NCBI RefSeq assembly: GCF_000007985.2
Contig: NC_002939.5
Coordinates: forward strand, 630,001 to 662,000
From: Geobacter sulfurreducens PCA
GTDB taxonomy: Bacteria; Desulfobacterota; Desulfuromonadia; Geobacterales; Geobacteraceae
Reading direction: 5' to 3'
DNA length: 32,000 nucleotides
Of this stretch, positions 19,952-27,848 are shown one piece after another (position 1 is the stretch's first letter; each line of letters starts with the position of its first letter). Below the pieces are notes generated by a model that was not told the origin of the DNA, searched no databases, and worked only from the letters and a program-made list of their open reading frames with translations. The position numbers were made by a program, and so were the translations under genes.

Positions 19952-20803
19952 ATGACCAGTTCCATGCTGTTCAACATCACGACGTTCACCTACCTGGTCT
20001 CCATGCTCGCTTTTTTTGCCTTCCTGGCGAGCAGGAACCGTCACCTGGGGATGGCGGGGAGTCTCATTTCCTATTTTGGCTTCTTCGTCCACACGGCTGC
20101 CATTCTGCTCCGCTGGAAGGAGTCCTATGACATCGGGCACGGCCACGCTCCCCTGTCGAATCTCTACGAGTCGGTGGTTTTCTTTGCCTGGACCATCGTT
20201 CTCATCTTCGGCATCATTGACCTGAAGTACAAGTACCGGGTCGTGGGCGCGTTCGTCATGCCCTTTGCGCTCCTCGGCATGGCCTGGGCCCAGCTGACGC
20301 TCAACAGCGGCATCGAGCCTCTTGTCCCGGCGCTCCAGAGCAACTGGCTGCTCTATCACGTCGTCACCTGCTTCCTGGGGTATGCCGCCTTTGCCGTTGC
20401 CTGCGGCATCTCCATCATGTATCTGATCAAGGCGGGGAAAGAGGACTCATCCCAATCGGCACAGGCCGGCGGAATCATCTCGATGTTTCCCCCTACGAAG
20501 ATCCTTGATGATCTCAACTACAAGGCGATCATGATCGGGTTCCCGCTGCTCACGCTCGGTATAATCACCGGCGCAGCATGGGCCAACTACGCCTGGGGTA
20601 CCTACTGGAGCTGGGACCCGAAAGAGACCTGGTCGCTGATCGTCTGGTTCGTTTATGCCGCATTCCTGCATGCCCGCTTTACCCGCGGGTGGGTCGGGAA
20701 GCGCGCCGCCATCCTTTCCATTGTCGGATTCGCGGCCACTATCTTCTGCTACCTCGGTGTGAACCTTCTTCTCTCCGGTCTCCACAGTTACGGAGGAGGG
20801 TAG
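19952..20803 (+). CDS. ccsA: cytochrome c biogenesis protein CcsA/ResC (System II heme handling)
   Basis: 283 aa, polytopic, with the WWD heme-handling motif WGTYWSWDPKETWSL and conserved His residues. It lies 21 nt after resB. Confidence 0.93.
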   Translation: MTSSMLFNITTFTYLVSMLAFFAFLASRNRHLGMAGSLISYFGFFVHTAAILLRWKESYDIGHGHAPLSNLYESVVFFAWTIVLIFGIIDLKYKYRVVGAFVMPFALLGMAWAQLTLNSGIEPLVPALQSNWLLYHVVTCFLGYAAFAVACGISIMYLIKAGKEDSSQSAQAGGIISMFPPTKILDDLNYKAIMIGFPLLTLGIITGAAWANYAWGTYWSWDPKETWSLIVWFVYAAFLHARFTRGWVGKRAAILSIVGFAATIFCYLGVNLLLSGLHSYGGG

Positions 20804-20875
20804 GCCTTCTGTTGGCAATGCTCTTGCATCATGTGCAGGGCATGCCTGACAATTTCTCCCGACATCCCCTCATCG

Positions 20876-20901
20876 CTTCGGCGCCCGCATGGGCGCCGAA
20901 G
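20876..20901 (+). promoter_or_regulatory. perfect 11-bp GC-rich hairpin between ccsA and the first multiheme cytochrome gene
   Basis: CTTCGGCGCCC-gcat-GGGCGCCGAAG, ending 15 nt before ATG 20917 and followed by TTCGTGCGTT (a broken U-tract). Confidence 0.6.
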
Positions 20902-20916
20902 TTCGTGCGTTCCGCC

Positions 20917-21930
20917 ATGAAAGCGTTGCTGGCCGGCAGTGTTTGTCGCCTTCTGGCCGTTTCCCTCGTTATGTCAGCCACTTCCCTTTGGTCGGCGCCT
21001 ATACCCGGCATCCCTGACGGATGCGCCACGCGTTGTCACAGGAGCAAGGCCCGCGATGGCGTAGTGCATGGGCCGGTGGCCTCCGATGATTGCATCGCCT
21101 GTCACAATCCCGTCGGCGCGGCGGTCCACCCCAAGCAGCAGGGGGCGTTCCGGCCCGTGGCGAAAGGTGCTGCCCTCTGCCAGACCTGCCATGAAAGCAT
21201 GGCATCGAAGAGGGTGGTTCATCCCCCGGTTGGCGGAGGAGAGTGCCTCTCCTGCCATGACCCTCACCAGTCGGCCAATCCGTCACTTCTCAAGGCGCGC
21301 GGTGCTGCGCTCTGCTTCGGTTGCCACGATGCCGCTGCCTTTTCCGTCCGCCATGGCCATCTGCCCGTCACCACCGGCGAATGCCTGAAGTGCCACGACC
21401 CCCATCAGTCAGACTCCCCGAGGCTTCTCCGCGGGAGCGGGGCGGCTCTTTGTTTCCGGTGCCATGACGAAAAAATGGCAGCGGGCCGGTCAATTCACCA
21501 ACCCGTGGCGCGGGGAGAGTGCTGCGACTGTCATAACCCGCACGGGTCCTCCTTCCCGAAGCTTCTGCGGAATGCCTATCCCGAGGCGCTGTACCTGAGC
21601 TACGAGCAGAATGACTTTGCCCTCTGTTTCACGTGCCACTCCCGCCAGATGGCCGACGACCGCCGCACGGATACCCTCACCGGCTTCCGCAACGGTGACA
21701 ATAATCTGCACTATCTGCACATCAACAAACCCGACAAGGGGCGTTCGTGCAAGACCTGCCACGACGCCCATGCGGCGCCGCAGCAGCGGCTTGTCAAAGA
21801 GCGGATTCCCGGCTTCGGCAGTTGGGACATACCCATCCGATACACAAAGACGGATACCGGCGGCACCTGCGTTGTGGGGTGCCACAAGCCGAAATCCTAC
21901 GACAGGCTCCGCGCGGTGAGCAACCCGTAG
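20917..21930 (+). CDS. periplasmic multiheme c-type cytochrome, tandem 'doubled CXXCH' modules (9 CXXCH plus 2 CX3CH)
   Basis: ATG 20917 gives the signal peptide MKALLAGSVCRLLAVSLVMSATSLWSA. Motifs are CIACH, CQTCH, CLSCH, CFGCH, CLKCH, CFRCH, CCDCH, CFTCH and CKTCH, plus CATRCH and CVVGCH. The module H.PV..GEC..CH.PH.S..P.LL...G..LCF.CHD occurs four times. Alternative start ATG 20818. Confidence 0.85.
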   Translation: MKALLAGSVCRLLAVSLVMSATSLWSAPIPGIPDGCATRCHRSKARDGVVHGPVASDDCIACHNPVGAAVHPKQQGAFRPVAKGAALCQTCHESMASKRVVHPPVGGGECLSCHDPHQSANPSLLKARGAALCFGCHDAAAFSVRHGHLPVTTGECLKCHDPHQSDSPRLLRGSGAALCFRCHDEKMAAGRSIHQPVARGECCDCHNPHGSSFPKLLRNAYPEALYLSYEQNDFALCFTCHSRQMADDRRTDTLTGFRNGDNNLHYLHINKPDKGRSCKTCHDAHAAPQQRLVKERIPGFGSWDIPIRYTKTDTGGTCVVGCHKPKSYDRLRAVSNP

Positions 21931-21944
21931 CGGCTGGAGGATAC

Positions 21945-22937
21945 ATGCTGGGGAAAGGACTATGGCTGGCCGTCTGTGCCGTGATACTGCTGGGCACGCC
22001 GGCGACGGCGGGCACAATCGCCTTTGTGGCGCCGACGCCGAATACCTGGGTCGGCCGATCGGACCATCTGGTTCTCAAGCTGAACAATCCCGAAATCACC
22101 GCTGTCCGCATTAATGTCAATGGTGTTGTCGGCGATATGCTGGCTATCTCGTCGCCCGAGTACCGCAAGGCCTTCCAGGATTTTCTCATCGTGCAGCCCC
22201 TCTGGGATCAGGGCCGCAATGAAGTCTCCGTGGAGGCGTATGCCGGCAAGGAGCGGGTCGAGACCGCCGTAGCGTCCGTCTATTACGCTCCTGGCAGGGA
22301 TGGTGCGACGGTGCCGCCTGAGTTCAAGCCGTTTGTCTTCCATGTGGCCGATACGGAGAGCAGGTGTGCCGGTTGCCACAACATGGAACCGAGCCCGGCC
22401 CAGCTTCTGAGCACCCAGGAGCGGGAAAACCCCTGTTTCGGCTGCCATCGCGGCATGCTCAAGGTGGCGTTTGTCCATGGCCCGGCCGGGACTTACTCCT
22501 GCGTCTATTGTCACAAGGAAAAGGCATCCCCGAAATATTCGGTGCCCAAGCGCGACAGTGCGCTCTGTGTCGAGTGCCACGAGGACAAGTCAACGGATTT
22601 CGCCAAGCGGAAATACGTTCACGGCCCCATTGCCGGCGGCATGTGCGAGGTCTGTCATGATCCCCACGGCAGCGCCAACCGGGCCCAGTTGCGGATGCCG
22701 ATCAACACGCTCTGTCTTTCCTGCCATGAGACCGTTGCCAGGAGGCCCCATATCCTGAGGACCCCGTCGGGAGAGGGACACCCGGTAAGCGGCAGGAAAG
22801 ACCCCTCTGCGTCAGCCTCGGGGCGCGATATGTCGTGCATATCATGCCACAATCCCCATGCGGCGGATGTGCGTTATTTCTTTGTGAATAACGCGGAAGA
22901 ACGCATGGCATTGTGCCAGATGTGCCATAACAAGTAG
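21945..22937 (+). CDS. periplasmic octaheme c-type cytochrome with a non-heme N-terminal beta-rich domain
   Basis: GGAGG RBS and ATG 21945 give the signal MLGKGLWLAVCAVILLGTPATAG. An N-domain of about 130 aa has no Cys-heme motif. Then come 8 CXXCH: CAGCH, CFGCH, CVYCH, CVECH, CEVCH, CLSCH, CISCH, CQMCH. Confidence 0.88.
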   Translation: MLGKGLWLAVCAVILLGTPATAGTIAFVAPTPNTWVGRSDHLVLKLNNPEITAVRINVNGVVGDMLAISSPEYRKAFQDFLIVQPLWDQGRNEVSVEAYAGKERVETAVASVYYAPGRDGATVPPEFKPFVFHVADTESRCAGCHNMEPSPAQLLSTQERENPCFGCHRGMLKVAFVHGPAGTYSCVYCHKEKASPKYSVPKRDSALCVECHEDKSTDFAKRKYVHGPIAGGMCEVCHDPHGSANRAQLRMPINTLCLSCHETVARRPHILRTPSGEGHPVSGRKDPSASASGRDMSCISCHNPHAADVRYFFVNNAEERMALCQMCHNK

Positions 22938-22992
22938 ACTGGGGCTGGCGGCGTACGATTGCCGGACTATTCTCATGGAACGAGGTGACCAT

Positions 22993-24078
22993 ATGAACGT
23001 TCTGAAGCTCATCCGCAGGTTCGTCGGTGCGGCCGCCCTGTGCGCCCTGTGCGCCGGTTGCGCAGGACAACAGGTCCGGGAGGAGCGGCGCTACTTCTGG
23101 CCGCCGCTGCCCGAGCGTCCCAGGATCGAATGGCTCGGTGCCTACAGCAGCCAGAACGACTTCCCGAAGCAGGGATTCGCGTCGTTCATGGCAGCCATTG
23201 CCGGAGAAGAACAGGCCATGAGCCTGACCAAGCCGCTGGATGTCTATGCGGATGGCCAGGACCGGATTTATGTGGCAGATCCGGGACTTCGCGGCGTGGT
23301 TGTGTTCAATATGAAAGAGCGGAGCGTGTCGATGCTCGGCGGACCCCAGGCGGCTAACCAGTTTAATACCCCGGTTTCGGTCACCGGTGATTCCCAGGGG
23401 AATATTTATGTTTCCGATGCGGAAAAGGGTGGGATACTGATTTTTGACAGATTTGAGGTGCCGCGTCGTTTTATCGACACCAAAGCTGCTGTCAAGAGAA
23501 ACACTGACATCGCCGTGGATGAAAAGGGTCAGAGAATTCTCGTGGTGGATGCGCGCGAGCACCGGATTGCCATCCTCGACATGCAGGGGGGGCTGCTTTC
23601 CGCCTTTGGGAAGCGTGGCATCGAAGACGGCGAATTCAACTTCCCCGTGGCGGTGGCCATCAATCACAAGGGGGAGATTATCGTGGGCGATGCCATGAAC
23701 GCCCGGGTTCAGATCTTCGATCAGGACGGGAAGTTTCTCCGCAAGTTCGGGCGCCGTGGCGACGGGCCGGCTGATTTCCAGATCATGAAAGGCGTGGCCG
23801 TCGACTCGGAGGATCATATCTATGTGACCGAGGGAAAAGGTCACAAGCTCATTATCTTCGGCACCAACGGCGAGTATCTTCTCACCGTGGGCGGACTCTA
23901 CTCCGCCATCACCACCGGCAAGCAGGCCCCCGGCGGATTCGTCATCCCGCAAGGAGTCTTTATTGACGATAAGGACGTCATTTACGTGGTTGACCAACTC
24001 AATCGGCGGTTCCAGGTGTTCCAGTACATCTCCGACGATTTCCTCAAGCGCAACCCCATCCCGGGATGGCAGGAGTAA
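22993..24078 (+). CDS. NHL-repeat (six-bladed beta-propeller) probable lipoprotein
   Basis: GAGGTG lies 5 nt before ATG 22993. The signal MNVLKLIRRFVGAAALCALCAGC looks lipobox-like. The blade signature recurs six times (D..G.IYV.D....R..VF, e.g. IYVADPGLRGVVVFN, IYVSDAEKGGILIFD, ILVVDAREHRIAILD, IIVGDAMNARVQIFD, IYVTEGKGHKLIIFG, IYVVDQLNRRFQVFQ). Confidence 0.88.
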   Translation: MNVLKLIRRFVGAAALCALCAGCAGQQVREERRYFWPPLPERPRIEWLGAYSSQNDFPKQGFASFMAAIAGEEQAMSLTKPLDVYADGQDRIYVADPGLRGVVVFNMKERSVSMLGGPQAANQFNTPVSVTGDSQGNIYVSDAEKGGILIFDRFEVPRRFIDTKAAVKRNTDIAVDEKGQRILVVDAREHRIAILDMQGGLLSAFGKRGIEDGEFNFPVAVAINHKGEIIVGDAMNARVQIFDQDGKFLRKFGRRGDGPADFQIMKGVAVDSEDHIYVTEGKGHKLIIFGTNGEYLLTVGGLYSAITTGKQAPGGFVIPQGVFIDDKDVIYVVDQLNRRFQVFQYISDDFLKRNPIPGWQE

Positions 24079-24283
24079 TATCAGTTTCATCACCTGCCAG
24101 GAGCCTGTCGGACTTGGAAATCGAAGCAAAAACTCGGCTGGGCCAGGGCTGCTTGTGTCGACTTGTGCAGGTTAATGGTCATTTTATTGGCCGGAAACCC
24201 GGCGAAATATGAACCGGCCAGACGGATTTGCAGCAGTTTTATGGTAAGTCCGGCAGACGCCTGGAACCCGCGGTTTCCGAAGA

Positions 24284-24325
24284 GCCCTCGCCAGCATGGT
24301 TGCTGTCGGGGGCCTTCTTATTTTT
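24284..24325 (+). terminator. rho-independent terminator ending the resB-ccsA-cytochrome-NHL transcription unit
   Basis: GCCCTCG-c-CAGCA-tggt-TGCTG-t-CGGGGGC (12 bp with one 1x1 mismatch and one G-U pair), followed by CTTCTTATTTTTG. It lies about 205 nt after the NHL stop. Confidence 0.7.
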
Positions 24326-24560
24326 GTCATCAATAAGCTATTTCGCGGATGCATTGAGTGCCGGTGCCATCTTCCGTCCGGTGTTGTAGCGAATTGCGGT
24401 TGGTGCCAAAAAAATGTAGCGTTATATGACGTATGATCTTCTCGGAAATACGTCCTGGGACAACGTTGCCGAGAGAAATGGGCTTGGTTGGTGTGATTCG
24501 TGTGCGTGTATCTATCCGTAATTATTCATTTCAGCTCTTTTATGAGAATGCGTTGAATAT

Positions 24561-24576
24561 TGGCGTGCTGGTTGCA
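24561..24576 (+). promoter_or_regulatory. sigma-54 (RpoN) -24/-12 promoter of omcE
   Basis: TGGCGTG-ctgg-TTGCAT fits TGGCACG-N4-TTGCW with exact GG-N10-GC spacing. It is 78 nt upstream of the omcE ATG and sits in an AT-rich tract. Confidence 0.65.
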
Positions 24577-24653
24577 TTGTGTTTCTTCATCCATTGGTGT
24601 CAACGCGAACGGCTGAGAAAGCACATAGTACTCACGTGAAAGGAGAACGCAGA

Positions 24654-25352
24654 ATGAGAAGCGAAGTAAAAATCGGATTGGCCCTGACCGCACTTCTGGT
24701 GGCCGTTACCGCGGCGGGAGCCGCCAGCATCAAGAATACCAAGCACGACCTGAGCTCCGGAAGCACCGGCGCCACATTCAAGGCGACGAACACCGACCAG
24801 ATCTGCGTGTTCTGTCACACCCCGCACAACGCGCAACAGGACATTCCCCTGTGGAACCGCGGCAACCCCACGGCCAGCACCTTCACCCTCTACTCGTCCA
24901 GCAGCATGAATAACGTGCCGGTCAAGCAGGGCTTTACGGCCGACTCCATCTCGCTCTTCTGCATGAGCTGTCATGACGGGGCCACCGGCCTGGGGGGCGC
25001 GGTGCACAACGACCCCAATGGTGCGGCAATCGCCATGGTGGGGGGGAACGATTTGATCACCGGTGAAGCCAACCTGGGCACCGATCTGAGCAATGATCAC
25101 CCCGTTAACTTCGAGGTAACCCCAGCCGGAATTGCCGCCGACGGCAACCTGGGCGCCCTCGATACCGGCACCAACCCGCCGACCATGAAGACCGGGGACG
25201 TGACCAACGGCCTCCCCCTCTTCAAGTCAGCCCGCGGAGCCACGACCCTCGAGTGCGGCAGCTGCCACAAGGTCCACGACAACACCGACGCTCCGTTCCT
25301 CCGTACCACCATGGCGGGCAGCAAGCTCTGTCTGGGTTGCCACAAGAAGTAG
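24654..25352 (+). CDS. omcE: tetraheme outer-surface cytochrome OmcE (nanowire subunit)
   Basis: AAAGGAGAA RBS and ATG 24654, 232 aa, signal MRSEVKIGLALTALLVAVTAAGAA. Four CXXCH motifs (CVFCH, CMSCH, CGSCH, CLGCH). Size, heme count and position a few genes after ppcA match G. sulfurreducens OmcE as I remember it. Confidence 0.85.
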   Translation: MRSEVKIGLALTALLVAVTAAGAASIKNTKHDLSSGSTGATFKATNTDQICVFCHTPHNAQQDIPLWNRGNPTASTFTLYSSSSMNNVPVKQGFTADSISLFCMSCHDGATGLGGAVHNDPNGAAIAMVGGNDLITGEANLGTDLSNDHPVNFEVTPAGIAADGNLGALDTGTNPPTMKTGDVTNGLPLFKSARGATTLECGSCHKVHDNTDAPFLRTTMAGSKLCLGCHKK

Positions 25353-25372
25353 GGGGTTCCTCTCCGGGAAAA

Positions 25373-25399
25373 GGGTGGACTCCGGTCCACCCTTTTTTT
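25373..25399 (+). terminator. rho-independent terminator of omcE
   Basis: GGGTGGAC-tccg-GTCCACCC-TTTTTTT, 21 nt after the stop. Confidence 0.85.
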
Positions 25400-25506
25400 A
25401 CGCAGCAGTCCGGCTTGTGGTGCCTGCAGCCGGTCGCCCGGAGGGTGGTTTCTCGTGGAGCGGGTGTGAATGTGTTGCCGTCTCCGGCGGTATACCGGAG
25501 TGATTC

Positions 25507-27774
25507 GTGGGTTCCATGACGCTAGGACGCATGCACATAGGGCTGGCGTCAGTGTCGGTCTTGGCCGGCCTGGTTCTTTGCTCGCCCGCATCGGTGCGGG
25601 CCGGTATTTCCGGCGAGGCGGAGCTGGGATACGTGCGCTATGAGGCCGATGCCAACGGCGCGCGGGTCAGCGATGCCCATTCGTTCTATCAGCGCTACTC
25701 CTTGCTGTATGAGACATCCGGCGAGCTTTACAAGGGCAGGGTAGGGCGCTACGACCTTGCCCTGGGCTACGAGTGGGGCTCCTTTGATACTAAGATAAAG
25801 AATCCCTCCAATCCCACCGACCCCCAGACCAACTACAACCCCTCCGTCAGTGCCGGACATCTGCTGTATCGCGGCGAAGTGGTGCTCGATCCGCTGGAGC
25901 TCCCCCTGCGGCTCAGAGCCTACAGCTATGACACGAACCGGATCAACATGCACGAGGACCTGTCCGGCATTGACGGTTCGTCGATCTTTGCGCCGAGGCT
26001 GATCACCAACCTTTACGACGGCATGCATATCAACAGTGGCGCAACTCTCGTCTTCGGGGTCAAGAACGGCCTGACCAACGGTTATAACGCCATTTTCCGG
26101 CATATCCCGCTGGTCATGCTCGACTACCGCGACGATGTCAACCGGGACCTGAAGAGTCTGGCTCCCGTGGATACGCGCATGCGCCGTCTGGCCTTCGTGA
26201 GTCTGAACAAGAGGGACAACTGGTTCCACTACCGGACCACCGATTTCAGGGATTACCTCAACACCGACCAGTCCTTCAAGGAAACCCAGATGCAGATCGG
26301 CACGGTCGATCACCTGCTGGCGCGGCGGTGGATCGATTTGACCAACTGGGTGAAGATCTCGGCCGACGGCCAGTTCACCAAACACGCGAGTTCAATGCCG
26401 GCCAACTCCTTCGAAGCTTACGAGCTTAACCTGTTCGCCGTGGCTTCCCGCAAGACCTGGGATGCTCGGACCTTTTCCAGTTTTTCCCGGCTGCTCGACG
26501 ATGAAGGGATTACCCTGGAGCGGACGGTGCCCTTCTATGCAAGCGGTGTCCTCGGGGCCGATGTAGACTGGAAGGCCAGCCTCTATTCCAATGAAAAGAA
26601 GATTCAGTCCCCCAGCGGCAGCGTGGTCAACAACTCCAACTACAGCGCTTCGGTCCGCGCCGACATGTTCCGGCGCTCTCCCTTCACTCTGGGGGTGGTG
26701 GTGCGTGGGGAGAGCACCGAGAGTTACGGCTCGAAACTGCTTTCCTTCGAAGGAGGCGTCGAAACGGCAAGCACTGCGCGCCTTTCGCGCGACTACAGCC
26801 TGTCGGGGAGCTATACGGTCAAGTACTTCGATGCGACCGGCGGTACCGGTTCGGGCGACGGCTACCTCAACCAGAACGTCCTTGGTCGCGTGGCGTATGC
26901 GGCATCGCCCACCTGGCGTTTCGAGGTGGAGGAGGACCTGTCAGCGGCCAGCGGCACCAATCCGCGCAACTTCAACAATTCGGCTATCACCGTGAACAGC
27001 GGATTCAGCAGCGGCACGAGCACGGTATCGGGCTCTGCCATCTCGTTCCAGCGACGCAACAGCGAAATCGACGAATATGTCCGCTCCGTTACCACGGTCA
27101 GCGCGGCTTGGCGTCCCTTCTCCCGCACCTCGCTCAGCTTTTCGGTCAGCGAAGACGTCCTCATGCAGTCGGGAGCGCCGACCGACTTCCTGACCACCTT
27201 CCGCAGTACCATCGACTACAGTACGCCGACCTTTTTGGCCCGGATGCGCAACAGCTACAACGTGCGGATGGTCGGTGGCGAGAGCATCGACTATCTGGAA
27301 AGCGTGGGCATCCTGGAATACCGTCCCGTCCGGCAGTTGGAGGGACTTCTCACCTATACCTACAACGTGGGCGACGTGGACGTGAACACCAGGAGCGAGT
27401 TCCTGGACCTGCGGCAGCGGCTGGGTTACAGCTTCTACACCCTGAGCGGGGCGAACAGGAAACTGCTGGAACTCTACGAGGAGTTCACCTATAATCGCAC
27501 CCTGAACACGGGGACGGTGGCCAACGAGCTCAACACTACCAGGCGGTTTACCCTGGGGGTTCGGTATTTCCCGCTCCGCAGCCTGTTTGTTGGGGCGGAT
27601 GCGCGCTACTCGCTCATCGAGCCGGGAAGCATCACGGAGCAACTCTATACCGGCGTGGTGGGGCTCAATTTCCGGAAACTCCAGGCTAACCTGGAGTATA
27701 CCTACGGCAAGCGGGACGGCAGCGACAACCGGATCGAGAAGCGGATCGCCGCAAACGTGAAGAAGTTCTTCTGA
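25507..27774 (+). CDS. large outer-membrane beta-barrel protein (755 aa), family not recognised
   Basis: GGAG lies 6 nt before GTG 25507. Signal ...MHIGLASVSVLAGLVLCSPASVRA/GISGEAELGYVRYE. An alternating hydrophobic/polar, aromatic-rich strand pattern runs throughout with many Y/F-x-Y/F turns. The protein ends in ...ANVKKFF (terminal Phe beta-signal). Confidence 0.8.
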   Translation: MGSMTLGRMHIGLASVSVLAGLVLCSPASVRAGISGEAELGYVRYEADANGARVSDAHSFYQRYSLLYETSGELYKGRVGRYDLALGYEWGSFDTKIKNPSNPTDPQTNYNPSVSAGHLLYRGEVVLDPLELPLRLRAYSYDTNRINMHEDLSGIDGSSIFAPRLITNLYDGMHINSGATLVFGVKNGLTNGYNAIFRHIPLVMLDYRDDVNRDLKSLAPVDTRMRRLAFVSLNKRDNWFHYRTTDFRDYLNTDQSFKETQMQIGTVDHLLARRWIDLTNWVKISADGQFTKHASSMPANSFEAYELNLFAVASRKTWDARTFSSFSRLLDDEGITLERTVPFYASGVLGADVDWKASLYSNEKKIQSPSGSVVNNSNYSASVRADMFRRSPFTLGVVVRGESTESYGSKLLSFEGGVETASTARLSRDYSLSGSYTVKYFDATGGTGSGDGYLNQNVLGRVAYAASPTWRFEVEEDLSAASGTNPRNFNNSAITVNSGFSSGTSTVSGSAISFQRRNSEIDEYVRSVTTVSAAWRPFSRTSLSFSVSEDVLMQSGAPTDFLTTFRSTIDYSTPTFLARMRNSYNVRMVGGESIDYLESVGILEYRPVRQLEGLLTYTYNVGDVDVNTRSEFLDLRQRLGYSFYTLSGANRKLLELYEEFTYNRTLNTGTVANELNTTRRFTLGVRYFPLRSLFVGADARYSLIEPGSITEQLYTGVVGLNFRKLQANLEYTYGKRDGSDNRIEKRIAANVKKFF

Positions 27775-27815
27775 CAACGGGTTCCGTCGCCCCTCCTGGA
27801 TACCAACTGTAAAAA

Positions 27816-27842
27816 AACCGGGCCGGACCCGGTTTTTCTTTT
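27816..27842 (+). terminator. rho-independent terminator after the beta-barrel gene, abutting the next start codon
   Basis: A7-AACCGGG-ccgga-CCCGGTT-TTTCTTTT. The hairpin ends 6 nt before ATG 27849. Confidence 0.7.
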
Positions 27843-27848
27843 GTCGCC

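Noticed and set aside
20578-20916. Long upstream extension of the first multiheme cytochrome ORF, including ATG 20818.
   Set aside because: The part before 20803 overlaps ccsA in another frame. The 20818 start would place 33 residues, and a perfect 11-bp hairpin, ahead of the signal peptide. ATG 20917 gives a normal Sec signal.
24175-24336. 53-codon ORF (MVILLAGNPAKYEP...HGCCRGPSYFCHQ) in the NHL 3' region.
   Set aside because: It has no SD, runs through the terminator hairpin, and shows no sign of coding periodicity. The interval is kept only as a possible structured RNA region.
24433-24639. 68-aa ORF in the AT-rich region upstream of omcE.
   Set aside because: It has no RBS, overlaps the sigma-54 promoter, has composition atypical of this genome's genes, and matches no recognisable family. 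It is best read as regulatory DNA.
24079-24653. Possible GEMM-I (c-di-GMP/cGAMP) riboswitch upstream of omcE, since such elements precede several Geobacter cytochrome genes.
   Set aside because: I could not find the conserved GEMM-I core (GGCAAACC...GAAA tetraloop...GACGCAAAGCC...CCGG), and the leader from the sigma-54 promoter is only about 65 nt. A covariance-model scan would be the decisive test.
25400-25506. A second sigma-54 promoter in front of the beta-barrel gene (TGGTGCCTGCAGCC, or the TTGCC at about 25478).
   Set aside because: The GG-N10-GC spacing and TTGC element are not satisfied in either candidate.
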